A stretch of DNA of 64,000 bases from Azolla caroliniana (GCA_043228905.1 JBHGNT010000016.1:16678001-16742000), one strand, 5' to 3'; positions 9,632-24,241 are shown, counted from the stretch's first letter. Notes: a model not told the origin generated them from the sequence alone. A program made the numbers and translations.

Positions 9632-12504
9632 CTATGTATGAAAAGAAACTCGGTTGTGGTCGAGCGTTGCGCATAAGGAGCTAGGAGTTCCCGTCACACG
9701 GTCGATTGGGGCGTCATTATGGGACCGGCGTTACGTGAAGGCTTGCACGCATATCAAGGCGGAAAAAAGCTAAGGCCTATCATACAACAGTATCTGACGA
9801 TACTATTCCCACCTTGAGGTCTGCCGGCACCACAGCTCAGCAAACCCACACCGCCGCCACACTCCGCGAAGCGAAGGTTAGTGGAGTTGGCCAACACAAA
9901 GTGGGAGGATGAACCCCAATCCGCCCAGCCCAACACGCGAACAACACAAGAAGAGCAGGCGGAGCGCAGCGAGGAAGCTGCACAGGAGCCAGAAGCCGAG
10001 CCAAGTCAAGGGACCCTAGGCCGAAACGCCAACGGCTGGACAAGAAAGATGGGCACGGATTAGTTAAAGACACACTCACGGCCACAGAGATGACAACCGT
10101 GGTCAACAGCCTCGTAACTACGGAGCCCAACACCACCTTCGAAATAATCCGGGAACCATGGCCGATCATTACAACCCAGTCAAAGTGGGGGAAGGGCGTA
10201 TTTACGATGGAAAGCGAGGTCCTGGCATATCCGGACATTCCGGACACAGCCCATGAGTTCGACGCACTATTACAGTTCGGAACTACTTTTGAACTCATGG
10301 AATTTTTGGCATCACAACAAATAAAAGTCTCACAATGAATGGTCGAGGAACACGCAGAGCGCCAAATGATTGAGCGCACGCTAACACAAACGGCGGAAAG
10401 CGATGATGAGGAGCAGTTAGCTAGAGTCGGCAGACAGCGGAATGCCAATATACGCCAAATGGGGATGGAACTACCCCCATTAAACACGGCCCTTGTCGAA
10501 GTTCATAGGGAACTGGCGAAGGTCAGTATGGGCGCCAAGGATATGGTCATTAAAAACAAAAATGTGTGGAAGACTGTTAAATGGACCCAAGTCGAGTTAC
10601 AAAAGGCCAACGCACGCATTGCGGAGTTGGAACATAACGCAACTACGGCACAGTAGGCAGCTGAACCAACAGTCAACGCTGTCGAGACCTTGAGAGAAGA
10701 AATTGAGGCCCAGACCACCATTGCCTCAAAAGAAAAACGGGTCGTGCAACTGGCGGAATCAGAGATTGACGATCTCAGCTCCAAACTTCGCCAGTCCTCG
10801 GATGGAGAAAAGGATATCCGGGCCAACGGCCAAAAGGTAGTGAGGACCCTTGAAGAGAAACTCGCAGCGGAGGCAGCACAGCACACTCGGACGAAGGAAG
10901 AAAACACCCAAATACGAGAGGAAACGAAAAAATCGAAAACAGCGATTGTGGAACTCTAGGCCTTATTGGAGAAGAAAAAAGTATGGTTTGACGAGCAGCT
11001 TCTAGGGGAACAAGAGAGAAGGCACCAGCTCGAAATCCACCTGAACAATGAAATGGGAAAGCTGGAAGAATTACATTCAAAGAAATCTCAGCTATGGGCA
11101 GGAATGAGGAGCACTTATGAAGAAGCGACGGCGGTTAGTAAACAAGAAATCGAAAACCTCAAGAAAACCATAGAAGAAGCATGCAACAGTTGCCAAGCAA
11201 TAACCGACGATGTGCGCATACTTCTTCAAACAAATCGGGAGAGATTTACGGTGCAATTAAAACCGGTGCTAGACAAAGGCTGGATGGCGTGGGCCGCACA
11301 AGCGGCGGAATTGCATACATACCGGACAGACTGGGAGAACTGAAGGAAAGACGGCCGAGGGTTCTACAAACTCAATGAAGAAAGCATTGCGGTCGTACGC
11401 GAGGACCTAGCGCAGGACTATCGCACGCTAGAGGACCAACACTCTGAGGAACTCGCGTAGCTACTAGACGATTTTGGCGAAAGTCAGGAGGACCTATTTC
11501 ACCAGATCGTGCAAGCCGGAAGCACGCGAACAAAAGAGGAATCCATCGCGATACCAATCCCCGATACTGCCGACCAAGAGGAACCTCAACCCATGTCATC
11601 GAAAATAACCACTCCAGTGGACAGCACGGAACGGCAAGTGGAGCCCCCCGCGACACTAGAAAGCGAAACCACCATCCAATAGGAACCCCAGCCCCATTCA
11701 CCAGGGCGTACGACTACGGCCGACACCTCAAAGGAAGTTACGGACGAGACAGAACCTCGACCTACCGCAAGCCCGCCGACGCCGGAACCAACCACAATAG
11801 CACAAGATGAGCCCGCAGAGCCCGGACCGCCCACACAAGAAACCAACGACACCAGGGGAAGTTCTACCCATCAAGTAATGGAACCATGCAACGACGCGCC
11901 TACGGACATACGCTATCCCCGAACCCGGACACCCGAGCAGAACCAAAAATCAGGGACATTTTGGAGGAAGATTAAAGGGGTGGGTCTGACGTGCCATGAC
12001 ACTGTCCCACAGGCATGCCAGGTGTTGTCCGCCGGAATAGTAACCGACGGATAGGGAGCACAGAAATATAGAATATAGTATAAACCTAACGCATGTAAAC
12101 GGTTCACGCGGGAAGCGTGAACAGCTAAAAGACCATGTGTATATAAAGGGCAGAAATCCTCTGATACAGGTAGCGTGTAAATTTTGGTGCATAGAGCGTA
12201 TCTTAATAGAGTTTTATCTTCTTTGATCACTTGCGCAAATCTATGGTTAATCTACTGTGTGTCTGTGATTCTTGGTGGCGTACTGTAAGCACTATAATCG
12301 TAAGAAACGTAGGCGTGAGTGCGAGTGTTGTGACTAGAGCACTGTCTAGGGAGTTCGGTTGTAGTCATCTCTCTTATACACTACTAGGATATGGAGAGTT
12401 ATCTCGTTACGTATTACGGTATGACGGTACCATTCGTGGCAACGCAATCACCTTGAGGTCTAGGTCAAAGGACTGACTGAAGACCGTGTTCCTAATCGGT
12501 AACA

Positions 12505-14643
12505 ATATGCCAGTCAATGCATCCTCTTGATTGATGAAAGTGAACCAGAGTGCAATGATGAAGCCATTGTTGATGAGCACAGAGAGAAATGGCTGAGTGC
12601 GATGCAAGATGATATGGACTCCTTGCATGAAAACTACACCTACAACCTAGTAGAGTTGTTGAAAGGTAAGAGAGCACTGAGGAACAAATGGGTCTACAAG
12701 GTAAAGACAGGAGAAGCCGACAACACGCCCAGGTATAAAGCCCGTATAGTGGTGAAGGGGTTTCAACAGAAAAAGGGCATCAACTTCGACGAGATATTCG
12801 CACCAGTCGTGAAAATGACATCCATCCGAACTATTCTGAGCATAGCTGCTAGGATGAACTTGGAGATCAAACATCTGGATGTCAAAATGGCATTCTTACA
12901 TGGGAAGCTGGATGAAGATATTTACATGCAGCAACCCAAGGGCTTTGTAGAGAAAGGGAAAGAGAACCTGGTATGTCGACTGAAGAAAAGCTTGTATGGT
13001 TTGAAACAAGCTCCACGCCAATGTTTCAAGAAGTTTGAATCCTTCATGGTGGAACATGGGTTCTAAATAACACAGGCTGATCACTGTGTGTTCGTAAAAA
13101 GGTACAACGATGGAAACTTCTTGATTCTCTTGTTATATGTGGATGACATGTTGATAGTCGGTAAAGATACAAAGAAAATCGGAAGCCAATCTTTTGCCAT
13201 GAAAGATCTTGGACTGGCTAAACAAATCTTGAGGATGCACATAGTTTGAGACAAAACTAAGAAGTTGCTATGGTTGTCAAAAGAGAAGTACGTGAAGAAA
13301 ATCCTTGAAAGATTCAACATGTCGAATGCAAAGCCGGTTGGCTTGGTGTTTGCCAACAAACAACAGGTTGAATGCTAAACAATGCCTGAAAGGGGAGAAA
13401 GAAAAGGCTGAGATGAGGAAACTACCATATGCCTCAACCGTCGGCAATCTTATGTATGCTATGGTTTGCACAAGCCAGACATAGCATTTGTTGTGGGAGC
13501 AGTAAGCCGATATATGAGTAATCCAAGAAGAGAACACTGGGCAACAATGAAATGGATACTGAGGTGCTTGAAAAGCACCTCGCAGGTATGCCTTAGGTAT
13601 GGTGTTGGAAAACCTATGCTCAAAGGATTTACCGACTCAAACATGTCGGGGGATGTAGAGTCAAGTCGATCCACATCAGGATATGTGTTGACTTATGCAA
13701 GGGGAGCAGTGTTGTGGCAATCATGACTGCAGAAATCTGTAGCCTTGTCGACTATACAGGCGGAGTATATGGCAGCGGTAGACGCCAACAAAGAGCTAAT
13801 TTGGATGAGAAATTTCCTCAGTGAGTTGGGAATGAAGCAAAGGGATTTTTTGCTTCATTGTGACAGCCTGAGTGCCATACATCTAGCCAAGAATGTTGCA
13901 TACCACTCCCAGACTAAGCATATACAAAGGAGGTATCACTGGTTGCGGGAGAAAGTCGAAGAAGGAGAGTTTACTCTCTTAAAGATCCATACCGACGAAA
14001 ATGGATCCAACATGATGACTAAGAGCCTGCCAATGGATAGACTTAGAGTTTGTCGACAGAGGACCGAACTAACTTACTCCCTCGCACTGGAGTGAAGGGG
14101 GAGTTTGTTGGGAATATGTCCCTCCAGTGGGCAAAGCTGACTGATCGAGCCGACCAGAGCCGAAAATTGAAGACAAGGAGGAGCCGACTATTCGGAAGTA
14201 GCTGACAGTCGAAGAGTCGACAATAGAGAGTCAGCTATTAAACTGCTTATTATTATTATAGTTAATAGTAATAGCAATGATATGTATCCGTGGCTCCATT
14301 TGTAAACAATCCATATAGGGTATGAGTATAAATACACTTAGGGCAATACTTTTATATGTGTGTGTAGCTGTAGAAACAGTTGGTGAGCGAGAGAACAAGA
14401 GTGAGTGAGAGCGGCGCTACAGCTATGTGTGTGCAGCTATAGATGACAAGAGCCATGTGTGGCACCTACACTCGACAAAAAGAGTGTTGTAATCCTCTCC
14501 AGATTGTATACCCACTATATAGTGAAGATTCGTTCTCCCGTGGTTTTCTCCCGTTTTAGGCTTTCCACGTTAAATCTATGTGCACTATTTTGCTAGTGAG
14601 TCTGTGTTGTGTAATTCAGGGCATTTGTTTTCGTGGATTCACA
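12505..14643 (+). mobile_element. Degenerate Copia 3' half (RT/RNaseH pseudogene, PPT, 3' LTR ~14106-14643), related to the 611-9696 element
   Basis: ORFs 12527..13066, 13466..13726 and 13745..14095 align with the pol at 2276-5461, with stops and frameshifts. GAAGGGGGAGTT precedes TGTTGGGA. Confidence 0.9.
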
Positions 14644-14799
14644 ATTTGATTCTCTACATGAGAGACAAATAGAGAGAGACCTCAGAAGAAGAAGCTATAT
14701 TAGTGAAAATATAATTACATCCAGCAATAACTAAGTTACAAAATGTTGGTTTAAATACCAACTAATTTAGGGCAAATACCGATTCAAACAAGACATAAG

Positions 14800-15417
14800 A
14801 TGAATTGGAGATAGTCGATTCAATCGAGGAGTTTGATTCGGGAGAGCCGAGTTGTATGACGAGCAAGCGGAGGAGAGGGCAGCCGAAGCCAAACATCAAA
14901 ACGAAGGATTAGACGTGTCAAGGGGCACCGATGTCATGACAACGAAGGAGCTGAGATGAGCCCGACAAGCAGACAAGCCAACCGTAAGGGTCGAGGTGCA
15001 AAGAACTAAATGAGTCAAAGGTGCCTTGGACCTTAGGGATCATGGGATGAAGAACTAGACTGAACATGCAATGTGAGCTAGGTGGGAGGATGCTAGAAGG
15101 AGTCGGTTACAAAGACTGGCTACATCTAACAGAATGGACCGACGTCAAGTTGAGCTTCAGGGGGAGCGTTGAGCAAGCACACTCAACATGGGTCCAACTA
15201 GCTAGACAAGCTGGTAGGTAAGACCGGAGTCAATCTTGTTGGCTAGGCCAAGTTTCTGGACTAGATGCTAGATCAACTATAAAAGCTAGATACCAGATCC
15301 GGATGATGGACCGGCTGAGGACGCCGTCCAGAACGTCGCACATGCCAACCTATTTTATTAAATAGGTCCAACGTAGGCAATTAGTGTCAAATGCTTCTTT
15401 AAGAGCATTGAAGTACA
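14800..15417 (+). mobile_element. Eroded Copia 3' UTR, PPT and truncated LTR (family of 52780-57246)
   Basis: AAGTTGAGCTTCAGGGGGAG-CGTTGAGC at ~15147-15174 matches 56820-56847; TTAGTGTCA..AGCATTGAAGTA is also shared. Confidence 0.6.
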
Positions 15418-16822
15418 TGTCAGTACTTCTTAACCTTTTTATAGGTAGTTTGTATTGTAGTATTCTATACACGAGGACAACACTGTGAGAGTTGACCGAG
15501 AGTGTAAAGATGGGAGGATTACTTTTAATCCTAGGGATTGAGATAACCCTTAACAGCCATGTGTGAACTTGTCTAGGGGCCTTAGGCCTGCTTATAAACA
15601 TGAAGCCTACCTATCCTCATGGAAGACATTATTCGACTATTCGACTATGTTGAAACTGTGATTCTGTGGTTAACAAACTATTGTGGGGAGCGCACACCGG
15701 TACCATGTATGATTCAATGCCATGGTGGTGGTATAGGATACAATACAAGGAATCGGGTCCTTCACAATCCCTTCAGTCAAGGGAGGTTGAGTGAATTGAC
15801 ACTCCTCATTCTCTCTGTTTCTCTTTACAATCTTTTATCTATTTCCTTATTTTATGCCGACATTAAAAATACTCTCTAATATGTGGCATTAGAGTGACTT
15901 TCCTATGTTTCTTTTGTTGATTTTTGTTTTCTTTTTTATTCTGATCAATCGATGTTCGTCTGAGGGTTGATCCAGAAAGTCATTCACAAAAGAACTTCAG
16001 TATTTCCTTTTTTTCATCAAAAAAAATAATATTTTTATTCTTTCTTCTCTCATTCTTAAAACATGTTTAGTTCAACTATGTTGTATTGGTCATATTTATA
16101 AAACATACATAAATTATGTATATGTATGTGTTTTATGTCGTTATTGCGTATTACATATGTTATTACATTTGATATGACGTCAATACCTCAATTGTGTATT
16201 ACCTACGCTTATATATTTTGGATGTTGTATGTGCGTAGAGGCTACATGCGTGGATAACATTATTCATTTGTTTATGTTTTGTTAATGATTTTTTTGTATA
16301 TTCATCTTTAAAAACTTTCCTAACTTTTCATTACAAGAGTGTGATATTTTAAAGAGGAGAGTATGTTACAAGCATTACTATAATTTTATCATGTGGTAAC
16401 TTGTATTGTAGTATTCTACAAGTGAGGATAAAAGCGTGAGAGTTAATTGAGAGTGTAAAGAATGGAGGACTATTTTTAATCCTAAGGATTGAGACAACCG
16501 ATAAGGCTAAGTGCGAACTTGCCTGGAGGCCTTAGGTTTGGTTATAAATATGAGGCCTAGATATCCTCATGGAAGACATTATTCGATTATGTTGAGACTG
16601 TAATCTTGTAGTGAATCAACTCTTCTGGCGAGCGTGTGCCAATACTAAGTAAGACTCAATGTCATGGTAGTGGTATGGGACGCCATTCAAGGCTTGGGTG
16701 TGTCTCAATTCCCTCACTCGGGGGTGGTCGGGTTATTTGACACCGTTCTTTCTCTCTCTTTCTCTTTACAATCTTTTATCTATTTCTTTATTTTATGCTT
16801 AGACTAGAAATAATCTCTAACA
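15418..16822 (+). mobile_element. Old TRIM-like element: two diverged ~460-bp direct repeats around a short non-coding core
   Basis: Repeats at ~15418-15881 and 16364-16822. Degenerate PBS TGGCATTAGAGT at 15884-15895. PPT AAAGAGGAGAG precedes 16364. No TSD found. Confidence 0.7.
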
Positions 16823-18429
16823 AGAAGCCATGGGCTCAAGGTGAAGCACGACATTGTTTATCCATCCTCGTGACAACATTTAGTACACCAATTAGATACA
16901 TTCCATCTATTATAGCCAATGCTTGAATCCAATTCATATATGATGAAGAGTCGTGACAAAGAACATCCCTATGTAATCTTCACGCCAAAGAATGACATCC
17001 CAATTGAACTCCCAATCGTCATTGCGATGCAAATAAGCACGTCCACTTCAAACTCACTCATAATTGAATGATATTCTACGAGGAAACATTCCTTTTGCTT
17101 TGTTGAGATGAAGATGTGTGGACTCTTTGAATGTTGTTGAATCAACACACCATTACACTATGAGGAGCACAAGTGTATTTCCTAAACATACTACGTAATA
17201 ATCACACACAAAGTATAAACGTTCACAAGCATACTTGTACAAACTAAAGAGGGAAGATCGCATGAATCATGATTGACACCAACATGCCCATTCAAATTTC
17301 GTAATCCTTCATGGAAAAAGCCATCAACTCCATCTCCTCAAGTTCAAGTTCGTACATCATTCACACCCTTCTCATCAGTTCTCCCGTCATCAACTTTATA
17401 TGTGTGTAAATGTGTGTGTTGTGGTTGTCTAATTGAGTAAATATGGTTGTGCAATGTCCAAATGTACATGCTAATATATATGTGTATGACGTGATGTTTT
17501 TATTAGTAAATGATGGTAACACAATATCACTATGCATTGTATATGTTTCACTAGAAATGTGAGCATTAATTTGTCTATCTAAGTGTGTAGTTTATGTGAA
17601 TTTAAACATGGGTTTTAAGTGTCTAGTGGTCTTGGGATGAGTGTTTAAGTTTCTCGAAGAGATGAGGAAGCTTTACATAGGAGTTTTGATATTTTCATGG
17701 GGGAACAAATTAGCATTCCAAATAAACGGAAAGACCCTTGTAGATCTTGGACATAAATATTTAACCCCAAAATATGATGAGAAAACAGCATAAGAGAAAA
17801 TATGGTTCAACTTTCTCTTTTCTTGCTCAAAAAATGAATTAATATTTAAATGGGCAAGTGGTTGGTTAGGAAACGTGCAAAGCTCCTAAGCCCGTAAAGA
17901 TGGCATTCTAGCCAAGGTCAATTTTATCGCTGACAATAGAGAGGTCATGAAAGAAGCTCATTTTGTTCTTAAACTTCAAGGAATTTGTGTGGAACTGGAA
18001 ATAGATATTGGCCAAGTGAATCATATGTAATTAGGCAATTTATACTAATGAGATGTGTCATGCTACTTGATTGCCCAATATTGACGAGAAATTATGTGTA
18101 TGTAGGAGAAAAAGGTAGGGAAACCTGAATCCGTGTGAGACTTACGGCTCAATGTCGAGCCTATAGGCTTGGTTCCTATAGAGTTTGGTGAGAAGGATCC
18201 ATGTTTATTTGCTCTTGAGTAACCCTTCATTCGGGTGGTTTGTAGCATGAAATGATGGCCATCCATGGTGGCTTTTTTTTACAAGGGAAATCTCACTCTC
18301 AAGACCTCCCTTTCGTAATCTATCTAGAATATTAGCTTCCCACCACATGCTTTTTTTGAGGACGACTAGAGTGGCTTGGCTCCACCATCACTTTAAATTC
18401 AAGTCTCACCACGGAAACATGGAACTTGC

Positions 18430-20640
18430 TAACATCCTAACATGTAAATTCTTGTCACAATTTATATTTCAGAATCATAGATGTGACCTTTGTTAAGCGC
18501 TCGTGCCATTCGAAGTGGTGCAATGTCAAATAAATTACAAGGTTGATCCACATGCCAAATTGAACGCAACGAAGGATTTCCTACTTTGACAATGTAGAAA
18601 GAAACATCCACCCCAATTGCTAAGAAAGATGACGAGTGGTGGTAGGGACCCGTAGTTATGATGGTGGTTGAGGGTGAGCTAGAAAAAGGCATCAAACTCG
18701 ACAGGTTCATATTTTGATCACGTCTCGTCGGATTAATCTCCTCTAACTGCTCACACCCTCATAAATTCAAAAATCTCATGACTTCAAACTAGACGATTGC
18801 AAGCCCAACTCTTCATTTCCTCTATCCTTGAGCTCCATGATTCCCAAAAAAGCAAAAACTCAAACCACTAAGTGCTCACCAATGGGAAAAAATGAACCTA
18901 AAAAACCTAGCCTAGATCTTTTATAAGAGTTTGGAGCTTTCTCGTCCATCACTTAACTTTGTGTCTGCATTCATATCTATGCACAGGACCTAGTTCAATG
19001 TGTGTAATTTGTTTTAACGTCATGGCTGCCATATGCTATTTTTGATCTTGAGTGAGATTTGGACCTCCATCTTTAGTTCGAACAACCATTTACTCTAACA
19101 AATTGAAATAATATCATTCCATTCTTCATATCTCCTTATGCATATTCTTTTTTTTTCCAAAATAAAGCTACTTTCCCATTAGTTAGGAAGGATTATTACA
19201 AGGAGACTATACAAGGAAGCTTCTTTCACGTCTCCCTCCCTTCGATGTAGGCTTAGGTGTGCATATTCATTTTTATTATCATTGTAGATTCTCAACTATT
19301 TGCTTTCTAGTTAGGGGGCATCTATATCATTCATTACGTACATAGAATAGTTTGAACTATTGACTCTTTAGTCCCTTTCAGCCCATGACAAGAACTCCAG
19401 CTTTCCCACACACCCAATTAAATGTTTATCTTTGTGACATTTACGGGTTTCTGACTCAATTTACCCAAGTCCTTATTATGTCAGTTGTATTAATAAGAGA
19501 TTTAATCATTTCAACAACTTTTGAAGTTATTTACAATATTGTTTAGTGGAGTTTGATAACTTCCACAAATGCAAAGGCTATTTTAGAAATTATTGCAAGT
19601 TAATATAGAATGTGCCATTGCTTGTAAAATAGCTTATATGAATTATTATTACCTAAAATTAATAGATTTGACAATAAGTTCAATAGCATGTTATGATTTC
19701 ATCATTAATATCATCAATAGTTCAAATTCACAGAAGACCAAAGCTTGAGCAATTTGGCTTTTCGAAATATGATCAGGTGATTTACATACATGGACAATTA
19801 GTTGATGAACCAAAGAAATATGCATGTTATGTATGTCTTATATATATGTTTTTTTTTATGTGTATATATATAATATATATATGGGAAAAGTACCAGGATA
19901 CCCCTGGAAGTTCGTCTATTAGAATGCCCCTGGAAGTTCCAAATTTACCAAACTACCCCTATGTCCAAAAAATTACACTTTATAAAATAATAATACACTC
20001 AAAACTTTGGTAAATAAGGCTAGTTCGGGTCCATTTTTTGGACATAGGGGTAATTTGGTAAATTTGGAACTTCCAGGGGCATTCTGGTAAATAGACGAAC
20101 TTCCAAGGGTATCCTAGCACTTTTCCCTATATATATATATATATAGACACATCTACATACAAAATACGCATAAACTTTTTATGGGTATGTGATGTATCAT
20201 ATGTTTACACATTTGAAGGAGTATCCTTCAAAACATCTAAGTTTGAAGTTTAGATTGACATATGATTGCCCCCTTAATAATGCAAATGGTGAGTGACAAC
20301 AATTGAATTATGTTTGGCAAAATATAAGATGGTTGGGATGAACATAACACAATCATTCACCACATAACTTTCTTCGTCAACCACTTGGATGATTCTTCAA
20401 AATGCAGTATGCTTCGATAACAAGAAATCAACACTTTCAAGCCTAACAATCTTATTAAATTGCCGAGAAATAAATCCATTATTATTTTCATTATTTATTA
20501 TCCATGCCCTAAACATAAACTCCCTCACTATTGAGACCTTGTATTCATTGTAATAATTTATGATGACCACACCACGCCAATGATCAATGTACATTAGTCA
20601 TCACATAAGTTCTACTTATACTCAAACTTCATGATTTCTT
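18430..20640 (+). repeat. Copy 1 of a diverged segmental direct repeat (partner 22990-24200)
   Basis: Collinear shared blocks, e.g. AAGAAAGATGA.GAGTGGT, CTAACAAATTGAAATAATATC and CATCACATAAGTT.TACTTATACTC. Confidence 0.85.
19883..20127. mobile_element. Mutator-like MITE with ~90-bp TIRs
   Basis: GGGAAAAGT..TGTCCAAAAAAT at the left end and its reverse complement at the right end; TATATATAT (9 bp) on both sides. Confidence 0.88.
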
Positions 20641-20749
20641 TTTTCATGAAAACTAAACTGAAGGAAAATAGAGCAAAGTACTTAACTAATAACCACACAC
20701 AGTTTTAAGAAATTACTGAATATCTCTCCATAATACAGAAACATTTAAA

Positions 20750-20916
20750 AACTTATAGTTACTCTACAGAGTACCCAACACAGTTGTGTTGTATTATTGT
20801 GCCCTCCGTTAACTTTGTGATGAGCTAATCAAAACTTATGGTTAGTCTACAATGTACCCAACACAGTGGTGTTGTATTATTGTGCCCTCCATTTAACTTT
20901 GTGATGTACTAATCAA
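20750..20916. repeat. ~83-bp tandem duplication just downstream of the AKR gene
   Basis: GTACCCAACACAGT.GTGTTGTATTATTGTGCCCTCC..TTAACTTTGTGATG..CTAATCAAA occurs twice. Confidence 0.9.
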
Positions 20917-21024
20917 AGAGGAAATTTCACCATTATTGAGATAAACCGGGCTCCAATGCAATTGGCTCATGATGATTTGTGGAAGATGTACAAATGAACC
21001 ATGTGCAAGAAACATTGTCCCAAG

Positions 21025-22700
<1,676 letters not shown>

Positions 22701-22989
22701 AGTTGCTGCTACAGTAACCGATCACTCTACCAATCCTCGTATTTGTTTGGAACAATCGATCCCAACTCACAACTATATATTACATCGCCGCCTCTCAAGT
22801 ACATAAATGCAACTAGCCAGTCAAACAATGATAAACGCAAATACTTTGGAACACAAGCAAACACCAATTTGTTTCTCTAAGAGGATAAAGAGAACCGTCA
22901 AAAACTGTTTTCATAAACCAAAATTTGTCCTTGACTCTACCTCACTTTAGATTGGAGTCTCTTCATTAGAAACATAGAGCTCGCAGATA

Positions 22990-24200
22990 TCCTAACTTTG
23001 TAAATTTTTTGTCACAATTTGTATTTCAAAATCATGAACATGACCCTCATCGTGCGTTCATGCCATTAACAGTGATTCAAAGTTGGTCGGTCCACATCCC
23101 AAATTGAACACAATTACTGGTTTCCTATTTGATAATGTCGAAAGGAAAATTGTCCCTATTGCGCAAGAAAGATGAAGAGTGGTTGTAGGGACCCATAGTT
23201 ATGCTTATAGTGTTCAAGGGTGAGTTAGGTGGAGACATGTGTTCATATTTCAATCACATCTCATCGGATTAATCTGCTCTAACAACTCATACCTTCAAAA
23301 ATTTTAAAACCTCACAAGTCCAAAGTAAACTTTCCAACTCTAAATTTCCTCCATCCTTGAGCCCCAAGATTCCCAAGAAATCAAAAACTCAAACCATCCA
23401 CTAATCGAAAAAACAGAACCTAAAAACACTAGCCTAGACATTTTATAAGACTTTGGAGCTTTCTTGTCCATTAGTTGAGTTTGTATTTGTATTCATATCT
23501 ATGGAGGGGACTTGGTTCGATGTGCCTGCATATGATATTTATGGTCTTAAGTGAGATTTGAACCTGCGCCTTTAGTTTGGAGTCTAGACAACAATGTATT
23601 CTAACAAATTGAAATAATATCTCTTCATTCTTCATATCTTTTATGCATATTGATTTTGATCATTCTAGATTCTCAACTATTTGCTTTCTGATTAGGAGGT
23701 ATTCATATCATCTTTACAAAAAATAATTTGAACTTTTGACCTTTGTGTCATTTGAGAGCCCATGAGTCATGACAAGACCTCCAACTTTGCCACAACACCC
23801 CATTAAATGTTTATGTTTGTGACATTTGTGGTGGCTTTATCATGATAGTTGTATCAATATGATATTTAATCATTTCAACAATGTTAGAATCAACCTACAA
23901 CATTGTACAATCGAGTTTGAAAGTTTCCACAAATGAAACATCATTTGTTAAATTTAAGAAAAAAGAAATTATTAATGGAAGAGACTTAAATTATCTTCCA
24001 TTGAAAGGGTCAGAGATGGATGTAGTATTATTTTATACCCTAAGAGTATAGATCAAACCCAAAACAATTTATTAACAAGAGAAGCATAAATTCTAATGTA
24101 TAGCATATCATAATCACGCCACGCAAATTATCAATGTGTATTAGCCATCACATAAGTTTTACTTATACTCGAACTTTGGCATTGCATTTATTTTTCCTTC
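22990..24200 (+). repeat. Copy 2 of the segmental direct repeat, cut off by an LTR at 24242
   Basis: Collinear with 18430-20640 but lacks the MITE. Confidence 0.85.
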
Positions 24201-24241
24201 ATTTTCCCTCACCCTCATCCGTATCCATATAGATTTCTATA

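Larger units (their letters stand above)
611..9696 (+). mobile_element. Full-length Ty1/Copia LTR retrotransposon (Tork/Tnt1-like)
   Basis: 5' LTR 611-1382 (TG..CA). PBS TGGTATCAGAGC at 1385-1396 (tRNA-iMet). PPT GAAGGGGGAG at ~5460-5469. 3' LTR 5472-9696, split by an insertion. Perfect TSD CACGG at 606-610 and 9697-9701. Confidence 0.97.
232..11900 (+). pseudogene. Extra (non-gag/pol) retroelement ORF: globular N-terminal domain, long coiled coil, Pro/Thr-rich tail; several stops; split at 610/9702
   Basis: ORF pieces 427..669, 9881..10063, 10090..10338, 10339..10656, 10690..10959 and 10966..11343 lie on the same strand, and most of those after 10090 are in one frame separated by single stops. 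The middle is E/K/Q-rich and heptad-like. Confidence 0.65.
1..12504 (+). mobile_element. 3' part of a non-chromovirus Gypsy-like LTR retrotransposon (degenerate extra ORF plus probable 3' LTR 12023-12504), interrupted by Copia 611-9696
   Basis: The reading frame joins across the Copia TSD (...IIIDTFEGRT|VDWGVIMGPALREG...). The protein is homologous to the extra ORF of the pol-bearing Gypsy at 30897-51100. Candidate LTR runs TGTTG..GTAACA with TATATAAA near 12139, and Copia RT sequence resumes at 12505. Confidence 0.7.

Noticed and set aside
11975-12025. Hammerhead ribozyme (retrozyme-like) in the conserved pre-LTR block
   Set aside because: The CTGAnGA and GAAA core is not present in both copies.
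16823-18400. Host gene or transposase in the AT-rich interval
   Set aside because: No sustained ORF, splice pattern or recognisable motif.
18700-19100. Possible LINE endonuclease remnant inside the duplicated flank
   Set aside because: Only a vague resemblance in broken frames; no diagnostic motif could be read.
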